This document shows positions 28,274 through 40,086 of a stretch of 64,000 bases of DNA, one piece after another (the first letter of the stretch is position 1; each line of letters opens with the position of its first letter). Both the position numbers and the translations under genes were made by a program. The notes beneath the pieces were generated by a model. It was not told the origin of the DNA. It saw only the letters and a list, made by a program, of their open reading frames with translations, and did no database searches. Source of the DNA: Psilocybe cubensis (Eukaryota); assembly GCA_017499595.2 (NCBI GenBank), contig CM039005.1, forward strand, positions 1,426,001 to 1,490,000. The letters are read 5' to 3'.

Positions 28274-31200
28274 ATGGCGGACTTGCCTCCGTCTCACCCA
28301 ACCAATGCGAACACCATATCGACATCGACCGACGCGCCAACGACGTCGACACATCGTGATTCGACACATTCCAACTCGGCATCGTCTACTCAACCGCATG
28401 CATCGACATCTTCCGCACCCGCTGCGCACTCGTCGACAATTTCACCCGGATCCACGACACTAATGTCGACAAACGAAATCATCGCGCGCTTCATTCCCTT
28501 TCTCAATCCTGTCCCTATTCCAATTAACTGGGATATGGGTAATAATGTCGCGTTACGACAATTAGTTTCCACTCTTCTTGGTGACCCTACAGTGTTTGAC
28601 ATGGTAGATGAAGGAGCAATGGAACAGAGTGCGACACCAGCGGAAGACCTGACAATGCAGGATGGAGCTCTGCTGCCCGGAGCGCCTTCGGCCACAGTGG
28701 AAGAGGAGCCACAGGAGCTGGTTAGCGATACCGATGCCGTTATAGATAACATGGTGCCGGTGGAAGATAACAATGCTCCTCTTGGTTTCCGAGGCGAGAA
28801 TGTGGCTCCCGATGTCGCGGTCGACAACGCGCAGGCGACTTACGAAGAGCAGACGGACGCTTCTCATGCCAGCTCCAGTTCTTTGCACCGATCTGGCTCC
28901 CATCGCCGCTCAAAACCGCCCAGAGGTCAATTTTCACCTGTCGATTGGTCCACAACGCCGAGAACTGAGACGAGAGATGGCAACGTCATACTGAACCTTA
29001 GCCCGACTGCCAAACTACTTCTCGGACCTCCCTCTACGTCTCCGTCTCCGTTCCAGAGAAGCACATCTAGCCCGATTGCAAATCCCAGTATGAACCCCAG
29101 CGCGCTGCACAATCTCGCCAGTTCTTTATCAGCAAGTAGGCATACGATAGCAACGACACCTCCGCTGGCGATGACCCCCACCAGATCCTACACACTGCCG
29201 CCCCCGATGGAAGGCTCAATCGCTGAGCTGAGGAAGGCGACGTTAGGGACGGCGTATACAGATGCATATGTATACGGAGAAGCGCTGAAGAGAGAGCGCA
29301 GCTTTGGTGGTCATGAGACGGGCGATGGAAGGGAAGGCAGAGTAGACATGGTTATGGGTGCAGAGGCGGGCGAGAGAATGTTGAGTCCCCAGAGCGAAGA
29401 GGAGGAAGACGAAGAGGACAACGGCGATGCTGAAGAAGGAAATGAGGATGAGGATGAGGACGATGATGATGACGAGCAGAGGGATGAATTAATGGACGAT
29501 GATCAAGACCAGACGGTCCAGGGGTCGAAAGGTGCTGCACTCGCTTCCGGCGTGGCGTCTATATCTCTGGAAGGGGAATCAACCGCGGACATTGTGTTGA
29601 AAGAGACCACAGAGTCCAATGCATCCTCATTGTCAACTCTCACATCTTTGGCTCCTTCGACTGTTGGATCTACTCCCGAACGTGACATACAGACAAACCC
29701 TACTCCGTCAGCTCAGGCTGATTCTTCATCTTTGCCTACGATCGATGCAACAACAACCAATTTTGTTTCTCTAAGAAAGGATTCTACTATACGTCCTATC
29801 TCTACTGTCGAACCCTCGAACTCGGCTGCCACTTTGTCTGTATCTCATACCGCTTCAACTGCGACTTTGTCAACGTCCGCCACTACAACGATCCCATTCA
29901 CAGATTCTCAGCAATCTCAGACGATAGAAGACGAAGATACTGTGCACGCCTTGGTTATGGTGGGATCTCAGGATTCACAATTCAACGAAGAGATGTATGA
30001 TGTCAATGCTGATGATACGATGGGTAGCGCGCTCACATCTTACGGATACGAGGATGATGAAGATGTGACAGCGCCTGTTCCGGAAAACACATTGTCACCG
30101 CTCTTCACAACACCTTCGCAGACCCCCGCCCCCCAAGTTTCCTCTGCTGGCCCGTCCTCGTCACTTCAACGTCAAGAATCTGCTCATGGTGGTTCTTCAT
30201 TCGATGAAGACCACACGATGGACACGTCTACTCCCATCAAGGCCAAATCTGCAGCTTTCAAACATGGTTCTAATCTCGACGAAGAGGAGAATTCAGAAAC
30301 GACGAGGATTGTCCAGGCGAAGAAAGAATTGAATAGCCCGATAACTGTTCCAGCGCAGATTGGACGAAAGTATACGTATATCCCGTCCGAATCGCCCTCA
30401 CCCAGTAGGATGTCCAAGCCTGCTAAATTCATAGCCCAGGCAAATCCGAAAGCGTCGACGTCGAAAGCCCATGCTACGAATGAGATTGCGGAAAACGTTT
30501 CTAATGCTCCTGGAACGTCGTCTCAGCGCGCACCCATGAAGCCCAAGAAGGAAGCTCTGACCATCAAGAAAGAGAAACCAAGCACGTCGCAGCCCCCGGA
30601 CGATGTAATATCCATTTCCTCTGATACCGACGATGAAATCGTGGTTAGGCCATCTCAAACTCAGACGCAGAAAAACCCTCCGACACTTTCGCAGAAACCT
30701 TCTACGCAGTCGAGAGCGACTGTTCCGAGGCCAATCCCTGATGCGAGACGCAAGGCTTCTGCTAAGACCAATTCTCCTGAAATTGTCGACCTTACAACAC
30801 CTGTGAGGGCTGCCCCTGCGGCAGCAGCAATGAGTTCTCGCCCACAAGTGCGAACTTTTGACCCTCTTTCTCATCTCGCGTCAACTTCGAAGGCTCTGTC
30901 TGAAAATCCTAAGAAGCTTGTAGAATCTGTAAAGCCTGTGCCCGTTCAGGAGAAACCAACGACACACAAACCCGAGGATATCAAAGGGAAAGGGAAAGAA
31001 ACTGCCGCACCGGCACCCGTGCCTGAACCTGAACCTGCTCCCGAATCCCGATTTTCCTCCCCATTGACCGAAGAGGAATCTGAGGTCGAGGAACCGGCCC
31101 CTCCTGTGCGCTCCCCCTTTGACCTCGTGAAAGCTACCGCGCGCATAATACAGCCGCCCAATGCCTCCGACGAAGATGCCCCTGTCATAAGGAATCAGAC

Positions 31201-32643
31201 CAAGAAGAAGATATCATTACGACCCGCCCCTTCTTTTGCCTCAGGATTGTTCGACAGCAACCTGACGGGACAGAGCAAAGCAACCGGTACGACTGGAGCG
31301 CCCCCAAAAAAGAGCACCTTTACCGACCGGCTGACAGCAAAGTTGGGTAAAAGCGTGGCAGCTACGAGGATAAAGAAGCGTAAGCGCCCCGAGGCGAGCC
31401 CTGATGTGTCTAATGAAAATGCAGCAGCTGAAGATGTGCCTGAACGTGAGCAACCGCCCTTAAAGAGGGCAAGGGCGCGTAGTGCTGCTACTACCGCGTC
31501 TTCCTCCTCTGTGCCCCCAGTAGGTAAAGGGAAGGTGGTGGATCTGCGGCGGGCAAGTCTGAGAAATAAAGAAATGGTAATTAAGGAGGAAGCCTCATCA
31601 ACAAGGTACCCAATGCGGTCACCCCGAAAAGATTCTGTCGGAAGCTCCGCTGCTTCTATATCGACTCCCACTTTGAAGAAAAAGCGCGAATCTGATCTGG
31701 TGTGGCCTAAGATGCAGAATCCTAATTTTGATCGCGTACGTATATAGCTTTCACAATCAGAGGATTTAATTTAACTCGATTATCTCTCGACACATACATA
31801 GTTTGTCAAATGCGACGAGTGGGTAAACTATCCTTGAGTGGCATGTAGTTTTATACTGACCATGAACTGCTTACTATCTGCCTAGATGCGAGACGTGGTA
31901 CCACATTGGGTGCGTAGGCCTGGAGCCGGACGACAAACACCTACAAGATACAGAACATTATGTCTGTCCGGTGTGCACAGCTGGCATCCCCAAGTGCGTT
32001 CAATACACTTAGACTTCCATGTGTATTTTCTGATGGATAGCTACTTCCTATTCTATTGTATCCTTGACTTAATCAGAAGCAGTGAGTCTTTTGCACGATA
32101 TTTCTTTCCTCAAAATTCTAAATCAAAATCATGTCTGGATTTCGTAGAATCCCCTGTCAAGAAAATCAACGATGAGGAAGTCAACGGCCTCAAAGCACCT
32201 TGCGCCAGGCCGCGCTGTCTCCTAACCTATGTCAAACGGCGCACCAAGAACAAGAATTCACAGCAACTGCTTCAAGAGCCACAGGTATACCTCGTGGAGG
32301 CCCTCGTAGGGCGGCGCAAGACGGTCGTTAGTGGAAAGGGGATATCTTACGAATATCTAGTTAAATGGCAAAAGTAAGGCTCTTTTCCAGTACCCGTGGC
32401 TTATCCGAGACCTCTTCATTTTATTGATTCACCATCTACTTTTTACATAGCTACGATTATGTCGACGCAACTGTTGAAAACCTAGACAGCATGGGGATGT
32501 CTAATCCTGGCCCTCTTGTCGAAGCTTTTGAAAATCAGGCCATTGCTGAAGGTAACAACTTCGAAGCAAGTGACACTGTTATCCTCCAGGAAGCTGTCGA
32601 AGCCGGCTGGACCAATGACATGGTCTATACAAAGCCTAAATGA
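28274..32643 (+). CDS. Large disordered protein with C-terminal PHD-like finger and chromodomain
   Basis: The 1157-aa S/T/P-rich ORF splices to FVKCDECETWYHIGCVGL...YVCPVC (PHD-like), then YLVEALVGRR...YEYLVKWQNYDYVDAT (chromodomain with Y/W/Y cage residues). Stop at 32641-32643. Confidence 0.85.
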
Positions 32644-33352
32644 TTTCTTGCCCGAATATCTTTCTTGCCCTATTTTTTCCCTTTTCCAAGTTTTGGTCAT
32701 CGCTTATATGTCAACTTTCTTATCAGATATCTCTCGAACCTCTTTTCTGTGTCATTCCTCCTCGTTTCACTGTACATAACACAATTGTCATCACTACGCA
32801 TTATCGCTATCCATCATCGTCTACTACGCTTTTTTCTTGGAATTTTCTCTAGATACCTCATCCTATACCCTCTGCTTCATTGTCCAGTTTCTAGCCATCT
32901 CATCATCTTGCTACCACTTATGCACCTGTATATACGGTATATGCTCTCGAATTCCTATGTTTGTTTACCTTGTTCATTGCTCAGCTTGCTTTTACAACCA
33001 TGTGTATTCACCCTACCTGATGGTTAATTTCCTAGTCCGTTAATCCATATTAGAGAAATGTGTACATAGTAAATGCGGTACTAATATGAACGACTAAATT
33101 ATGGTGCGTCCTGGTATCGTGCTCAAATAATTAAGGAATAAATGGATGTGAGCAAAGTATGCAAAGAAAAAAAAAATAGAACGTGTGATCGGGGTGGACA
33201 TTAATAGTTTCCAAGGATTCTCATGGGTATGGATGAAGAAAGAGGAAAATATAGAAAGAAGGCATCTCCAACCAAGGTCGATGTGTAAAGTATCACAGAA
33301 ACACAGGTTGACTGACGACCACCATGTGCCGACCCCGACAGAGAGTGGAATG

Positions 33353-34475
33353 TTATACCAAAATGACGGCCAGCAGTAGCGCCATGAGCACGATCATCAG
33401 AATGATGATGCACCACCCGCTGCCCTTTTCTTCTGAATCGCGTAGGAATTTTCGCATACGTCGCATCGCGTCGTTGAGCTTCTGATCTGACCGGTCCACG
33501 TTCGCCTCAAGGTCAGTAAGCATTCTAGTGAACAGAGGCATAAGCTGCGGGATTTGCACTAAGAAGTCTCGTCACCACGTACTCGTTATGCTCTTCGATT
33601 TCCTGGCCCATCAAGCTCGCTTGCTGTGCTAGTGTGTTTAGCGTGCCCGCTATTGAATCCATCGTGTGGTCTTGCTGTTGAAGCATAATCTACGAATTAA
33701 TTAGCACTGGTTCCCGCATCGTTGAAGTATGCACGGAGGTGCAGAGGGGTGACAGTACCTGCTGCTCTTGTCGAGCCCATTCCGATTGGTGGTCGTCCCC
33801 ATATCTCTCTGAGAATGGTGAACCAGGGCCTGCTCGAGGAGAAATTGCGTGAAGCTGCGTACCGGACCCTGATGGCTGCGAGGCAGATGGGGATGAGGAT
33901 ACGTTGGCTCTCATGTTCTGGACTTCCGAAGGGACATTATTAGTGGTCTATTATGCAAAAAATGAAGAACATGAAATGAAAGACAGGATCGCGGAGTCGC
34001 AGAGTCACGGAGGAGCATGGAAGGGTGAAAGGTAATGCGATGAACAGGCAGACGCACCTCTATTTCTTTTCGTACATGCCCCACATATCTCCGCCGTTTT
34101 TGAACCTCAGCATCATCAAGTCCGAACATTCTTGCATCTGTTGACTCTACAATCCTTCATAATTTGTCGCCTCGTCAAATAACTGGAATTGTCTGGTGGA
34201 TGAAAGCACATACTTGACACTCTCCTCCAGATCTTCAAGGTCTGCCTCTAGCGTCGCGAGTGTGGCCTTCAACTGTTTGATAGAATGCCATTTGAAGCAT
34301 GCCCTCTTTGTGCAGTGACATTGACAATACTCACCTCATTCCTGGCCCACATCAACTCTTCACTATCTTCCCTCGCCATATTCCTTATACGAAGAAATGA
34401 CGACTGCAGCTGTGCAGCGGTCTGCAGAGAGTTCTGGATCTCTTGTTGCACAGCATGGTAAGGGTCTACAGACAT
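33353..34475 (-). CDS. TLG1: Qc-SNARE Tlg1/syntaxin-6-like
   Basis: MSVDPYHAVQQEIQ (syntaxin-6 N-terminal domain), LEADLEDLEESV, SNARE motif QQDHTMDSIAGTL...LEANVDRSDQKL and a C-terminal TM (WCIIILMIVLMALLLAVILV). Confidence 0.9.
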
Positions 34476-35753
34476 GACGCCAGTACCAGGTGGCGTATAA
34501 CGAGCAAAATTCGTCTGAAATTGAACACCTCGAGCGTCTGAAGGCTTGAATGTTTAAGTGGTTCTGGGATTCCTGAGGTAGTCGACGGTCTGGGACTGCG
34601 CACAGGTCGGACTCTCCGCCTTAGAGTGAGTGGTATCAAAGACGTCTTATTTATGACGACAATTCTCACGAAGTGACTGTTGCACTGGTAGGGCGAGGAT
34701 TATGCGGTTGGAGGAGGTGGAAAGATGGACGTGTGCCCATCATGCCGAGTACAGGAGACTTTTGACAAACACGGAATTCTCTTATTTGTTATTAATTATC
34801 AGAAGCTTTAAATTTATTACATAATTTGTCAGCTGCGATCTTTTCTCCGCTTGAACAATGAACCAGGCCGCTTTGCTTGTGCTCTGTTTTCAACCGCCAC
34901 TTGCTGCAACCCAACAACACCGTCGACCTGATTCTCCTTGCTCTCTATGCTCTATGCTGATTCTGCATGTATATGCCTCAGAATCGTGCTTCTGGTGGCT
35001 TCTAGCGGCATTCGTTTGGCTTTTCCTTTCGAAACAACGATGGGGATTGGCAAGCGCAAATCAAGAGTCAAGTACCTGATGGTCTGGATACAGCTGGATA
35101 CCCGAGCGCTCCGTGCAGAAATAGAACGGAATAAAGATGTTCGGTTATGGTACACTTCTGTTTCCAAAAATGCTTCAATAGGCTATCAATGAAGTGCACT
35201 AGCATTTGGCGACCACTGCTCATTCATCTGAGCGGTCAGAAATGAGAGGTCACTTTGACTGGAGATATGCGCAGATCGAAACATTATTAACGAGGGAAAA
35301 AAAGATTGAAAAATTAATTATTCAACGGTTTTGATGGTCGCTCATCGATTGGAGAACTTCCTTTCATATGGCTTTTTGGCAATTTCAAAAAGTTGGTGTC
35401 AGTCTTGACTCCCCTAGTAGGAAAGTGTCCACATACGTTCAAATGGAGGTTTAGGACCATAAGGGCCCGAGGCGGGAAGGCTCTGCGTGTCCTGTGTACA
35501 GCGGTTCAATCAATAATAACGTCTATGTTACACCCTACCGACTACATCTCCTGATTACGATGTGAGTGAGGTTGTGCAGACACAGGACTGATAACCAAAT
35601 TGTATAGTCTTTCCTCCCTCAAACCACAAATTTTCGCGTTATGAATCACATTTTGCACACATTGATTCCACCAAATGATTAATACAACCGACGCCTATAC
35701 TACAGCTACATTTCCGATCGAAAGGCCTATAGTTGAAATCAGCAATGTAATGG

Positions 35754-36446
35754 CTAACTAGGTCGATGTGCCGCATTCTTCAAAGATTTTTTGGCCTTGT
35801 GTGCATCGTACTTTGACAAAATTATTGACTTTATAGCCTGAGGAACAGTAGCCTTAACACGTGGAAGGTCAGGGTGCGCCTCGTTAAGATGAGATATTGA
35901 CGCTTTTTCGTGGGCCAGGGCCATCCCTGCGTGTTTTTCCGCTTCTGTATTCTCATCGTGAGCTGCAATGTGGTTCCCAGCATTGAGGTGCTTCGTGGCA
36001 GCTTTTGCGTGATTATCCTGAACCTGTCTATGGGCGGCAGCGGCCTTTGTATGGGCCTCGCTGGCTTGCTTGTGAGCTGCTTTGATCTGTTTCTCCCAGA
36101 TACGCCTGACAAGCATATGTTTCTGAATGTCGTTGGCGGGCACGATATCCTCAAGATGGCTAAGACGCTTAACCGCCTGGTGGCTTGGCACCTGCACCAA
36201 GTCACCGTGAGAACCACCATCTTCAGAGGCAATCTTCCGGGTAAAGATATCAGGATTGAGAACGTTGTGTAAATATCTGTGATTCTGAAGACAGTTGTGT
36301 CAGTTTGGTACCTTCGTTCAGAGAATATGTAATACCGAGACGAAGCTGGTATTTTTGGAAGCAGTATCTTTAAGGCGAACAGGAAGACCAACGACATCTA
36401 CAGCGGCCACCGCGGACACGATAAGAATAGTGATGATGAATTTCAT
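35754..36446 (-). CDS. Small secreted His/Ala/Lys-rich helical protein, copy 1
   Basis: Signal peptide MKFIITILIVSAVAAVDVVGLP, one intron, dibasic KR/RR sites, then a His-heptad region and KSIILSKYDAHKAKKSL. Confidence 0.75.
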
Positions 36447-37084
36447 AGTCGTCCAGCGATTATGCGAAGTTTACTGCAGCAATGGGTGGGGTGCGTTATG
36501 ATGAGACCAGCTCTATTCTTTTGATCTATGTTCATGTTGGAATATATAGGTGTTCAGCTTGGTAGATCAATCATGTGCATCATTGGCTAGATTTCGGTGC
36601 TGTGTGTTTGTCGAATTACAATGCAACCACGGATCTATCAAATCTACATGTAGTCTACACTCAAGAACAGCCTTTTACGTTTCAATGGAGTTCTAATGAC
36701 TATAAAAGGCGCGAGGCTATCATACACCACCCAAAAATAGTTATTGTAGATGACATGACTCGGAGCGTCGTAGCTGGGTCATAAATGGCATATTGGTGCA
36801 CAGGATTTACGCTTTCAATCGAGATGTTCAATATCTAAAAATGTCTTTGGGTGTAATCCTGCCGCCTTGCTACACTACCGCTTCTGCTGTGTATATACTA
36901 TCCATGATTAAGAAACATATCGTTTCTTAATTGGTTCTGTTACCTTACCGGTTTGAGTGTTACTGCGGTGGTCGGACAGATAGCAACGTAACATTATAAG
37001 TGCCTGTAGCAATTTGCAAGCGCCCCGGAAAAACTGCACAAAAACTTCATTGGGAATCTACATAGTAGTAGTTTTCTACAAATG

Positions 37085-37753
37085 TTACGTCGACGCCTTA
37101 TGTAAAGACTTCTTTGCTTTGTGTTTGCTGAATTTGGACTTTATGATGGACTTCGCCAACTTGAAAGGATACAGGACACCATGCGATACAGGTTGATGAG
37201 CCTTTTGTAGATGATGGTCAGACTTTTGTGTGTGTTCAACCGCCTGTTTTCTGTGTTCCTCGGCTTCGTGTTCAAGCGCATGTGCATGTTTGACATATTG
37301 GGTGCTGCCGTCTTCCAAGAGATTAATTGCTGAAGCCGACATCATGGATGCCTTAAAGGCATGAGCACCTGATGCCTTGTCATGGGCCTGGGCAGCCTTT
37401 GTGTGCGCCTTTGTCTTCAGATGCGCTAGCGAACGTCGGTAAATCGGATGGTCGTATTCGGATGAGACTCTAGCGAACGGGTATTGATGCAGTGATTCCC
37501 CTCTGACTTTTGCTTCATCGATAAATGTTCTGCAAATTTGGTTTTCAGTGCAAGCACGTTTGCCTACTGACACGGACTCGGAGTTCTAATCAACATATGA
37601 GTACGCAATTCGGTAAGATATAAGATAATATAAGGCTCCTACTGTAATAGCAGGATCATCATTAAATGTAGCCCGTTTTGACAAGGAGGGTAAGCCATAG
37701 ACATATCTGATAAGTGCAATGCACAATGTGAGGCAAATAGCGAAAGGCTTCAT
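37085..37753 (-). CDS. Small secreted His/Ala/Lys-rich helical protein, copy 2
   Basis: Signal peptide MKPFAICLTLCIALIRYVYGLP, one intron, KR/RR sites, AHTKAA, and KSIIKSKFSKHKAKKSL. Shares the 5' leader motif ATAATCGCTGG(A/T)CGA with copy 1. Confidence 0.75.
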
Positions 37754-38247
37754 GATAATCGACCAGCGATTATAAATATTCCCGACTTTAATTGGTTGTC
37801 GAATTAGAAGGAAGCAGGAAATAACTGATCGTTTCTTTGCCCCACACTGGTCTTTATATATTTCTCCAATTGACAAAAGGCGACTGGTAAATCCACACTC
37901 ACAGAGCCCAGCACAGCACGAAAAATAAATTCTGAAGGAAGAGCCACAATTTTAAGCAAGAGGGTTACAAAACCGGTTCCCGAAAACTCCGAAGACTACA
38001 AAAGCGATGCTCCATCATGATCAGTACACCCACTAGTGCGCGATGAGTTAGTGTGCACTTGTGGATGCAGGCAAGAAATGATATACGATGCATTTGAAAC
38101 TTTCGGGTACAAGCATGTGAACACAATTCTCTGTTATCTCCTTGAGTAGATTCCGAAAGCAAATGAGAGTATTTCAATAGCCCCGTGTTCCACGCTTCCT
38201 TCTTGATTTTCTGTGATATTCAAGTTGCTACGATTTTCTCACCTTTA

Positions 38248-39774
38248 CTATGACATCCAAAAGTCTTTCCATTGCTCAACTTCCGCTCCCAATCCATCCT
38301 GGAAAAGCTCCTCAGGTGAGTGACCCATCATATTCTTTCTCTCTTTCCACACATTTTCGCCTCCCTCCATTGCACGGAGCTCATTTAACAATTGCACATT
38401 GACCGACGCGGCTGAAGCCAGGTAGTGCATAATCGTATTACCGTAGACATCCTCAGCCGCAAGGTTTTGGGTCCCGCTATCCAGAAGCCACAGAATTAGT
38501 TCATGTTGCCTAGTTTCGTCAAGCTTGTCTTCAGCGCTTCGAGTACGTGGAAGTGGAACATTATCGTTTTTAGAGGTGAGTATTCCCCGATTGGCAGGAT
38601 TCCGCCTATGCAAATCCATTGGTACCCAAATTTTGGTATCAAGAGTCCGCACGTCGTGCACGCTCTCGAAGACCTTTTGACTGAAGATATTGACGTGTAG
38701 ATCAGTGAGCGGAAGTGATGCTACGTGGAGAAGGGTGTGGCCTAAAGCAGTGCACCCAGCGGAACTGAGCGGTGTGGCGGTGTGTCTGCATAGTCTTTGC
38801 AACAGACTAATATCGAGCAGTGCGGCGGCAAAATGCAAGACGTGAACCGAGTAGATAGGTGTGCGAAGAGCCAAATCAGTGTGTGGATCTGAGGCAAGAA
38901 TATCATAGGCAACTTGATTGGGAGGACGGCACAAACCAATAGCTGCAATATGAGGGGGAATACAACAGGTGGGAGCGGCAAGAGGTAAAATATTTGGAGA
39001 GTAGCCAATAGCTAAAAGGTGTTCCAGCATTTCATTTTTAGTGGAGATTATTGCCTCATGGATCGGCGAAGAAACCGAAAGTGAGGAATGTGTCAGAATG
39101 TCTGGCAATTGAGATGGAATCCTTCCAGAGGTCCACCAGGATTCGTCCGGGTTTGAAGCACGCACCTGGTCGAAGATAGCAATGTCTCCTTTGCTTGCGG
39201 CTTCTTCAAGCGCAGTGCGAGCAGGTTTGGATTTGAAAGAGATGGTGGGAAATGCTGGTTCAGTCCAAAACCGCGAAAATCCTTTTCGGCGTCTCAAAAT
39301 TTCTGTCTGTGTAAGAGGCGATATCTGGGGCTTGACTACGGAACTGATCGCTAACACCTTGCTTCTCGGAGGACACGCGACAAAGCTATAGGTATCGTAT
39401 TTTGAGTCCCTGCCACGGATAAAACGGACGGAATACTCGTCGAGGTAGTCAAGAGGGATGCCATTTGGATCCGCACCCGCCTGAAGTAGTATTTCAATGT
39501 TCCCAGGTAAAGATGCCCGTATTGCTTCCACCAAAGGTGACGTGTAATATCCGTGAATTGCACCGGAGATGTATGTGTTCGCAGAAAATCCACGAAGCAT
39601 GCTGCTACGGCGAGCAGGAATCATGTCGTCTGGAATTTGTGAGTTGAGTTGGGAATGATGCCTGAGGATTGCAGAGATTACCGCGGGATCTGGGTTTCGA
39701 GCAGCACGAACACAGGGTGGATCATCGTCGATGTCGTCATTCAACTCATCTTCCGTTAATTCGTGAGTTGACAT
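38248..39774 (-). CDS. Ankyrin-repeat-like protein, single exon
   Basis: Uninterrupted ORF (likely ATG at 39774, MSTHEL...). Ankyrin-like motifs SPLVEAIRA..IEILLQAGADPN, TALEEAASKG, SPIHEAI, GHTLLHVA, GNTIMHYLA. Confidence 0.8.
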   Translation of the reverse strand: MSTHELTEDELNDDIDDDPPCVRAARNPDPAVISAILRHHSQLNSQIPDDMIPARRSSMLRGFSANTYISGAIHGYYTSPLVEAIRASLPGNIEILLQAGADPNGIPLDYLDEYSVRFIRGRDSKYDTYSFVACPPRSKVLAISSVVKPQISPLTQTEILRRRKGFSRFWTEPAFPTISFKSKPARTALEEAASKGDIAIFDQVRASNPDESWWTSGRIPSQLPDILTHSSLSVSSPIHEAIISTKNEMLEHLLAIGYSPNILPLAAPTCCIPPHIAAIGLCRPPNQVAYDILASDPHTDLALRTPIYSVHVLHFAAALLDISLLQRLCRHTATPLSSAGCTALGHTLLHVASLPLTDLHVNIFSQKVFESVHDVRTLDTKIWVPMDLHRRNPANRGILTSKNDNVPLPRTRSAEDKLDETRQHELILWLLDSGTQNLAAEDVYGNTIMHYLASAASVNVQLLNELRAMEGGENVWKERKNMMGHSPEELFQDGLGAEVEQWKDFWMS

Positions 39775-40086
39775 TAATGTAAAGAAGCAAGCTATGGTCG
39801 GAATTTGTGAGTTGTCACTATTCAAGGGGTGTTGAAAGTGAGTTATTCGACTGGCGTCGTCTTTGCGGTGGTGGTCAAGAATGGAGTGCGATTTCATTTG
39901 ATTGCCACGTAATCGGGCGAATCCGAGCGGGCCTTGAAAGAAAATCAGTTGGTCATGTGATATCAAAACTTTAAACTTTTCTCTCAGGACGATGAGTGAG
40001 ACTGCCGCTGAGTTGTGTCAACCTAACCAAGAACTTATGCCACGATTGAATGATAGCGCATATGTATCGAATTTCATATACATATA

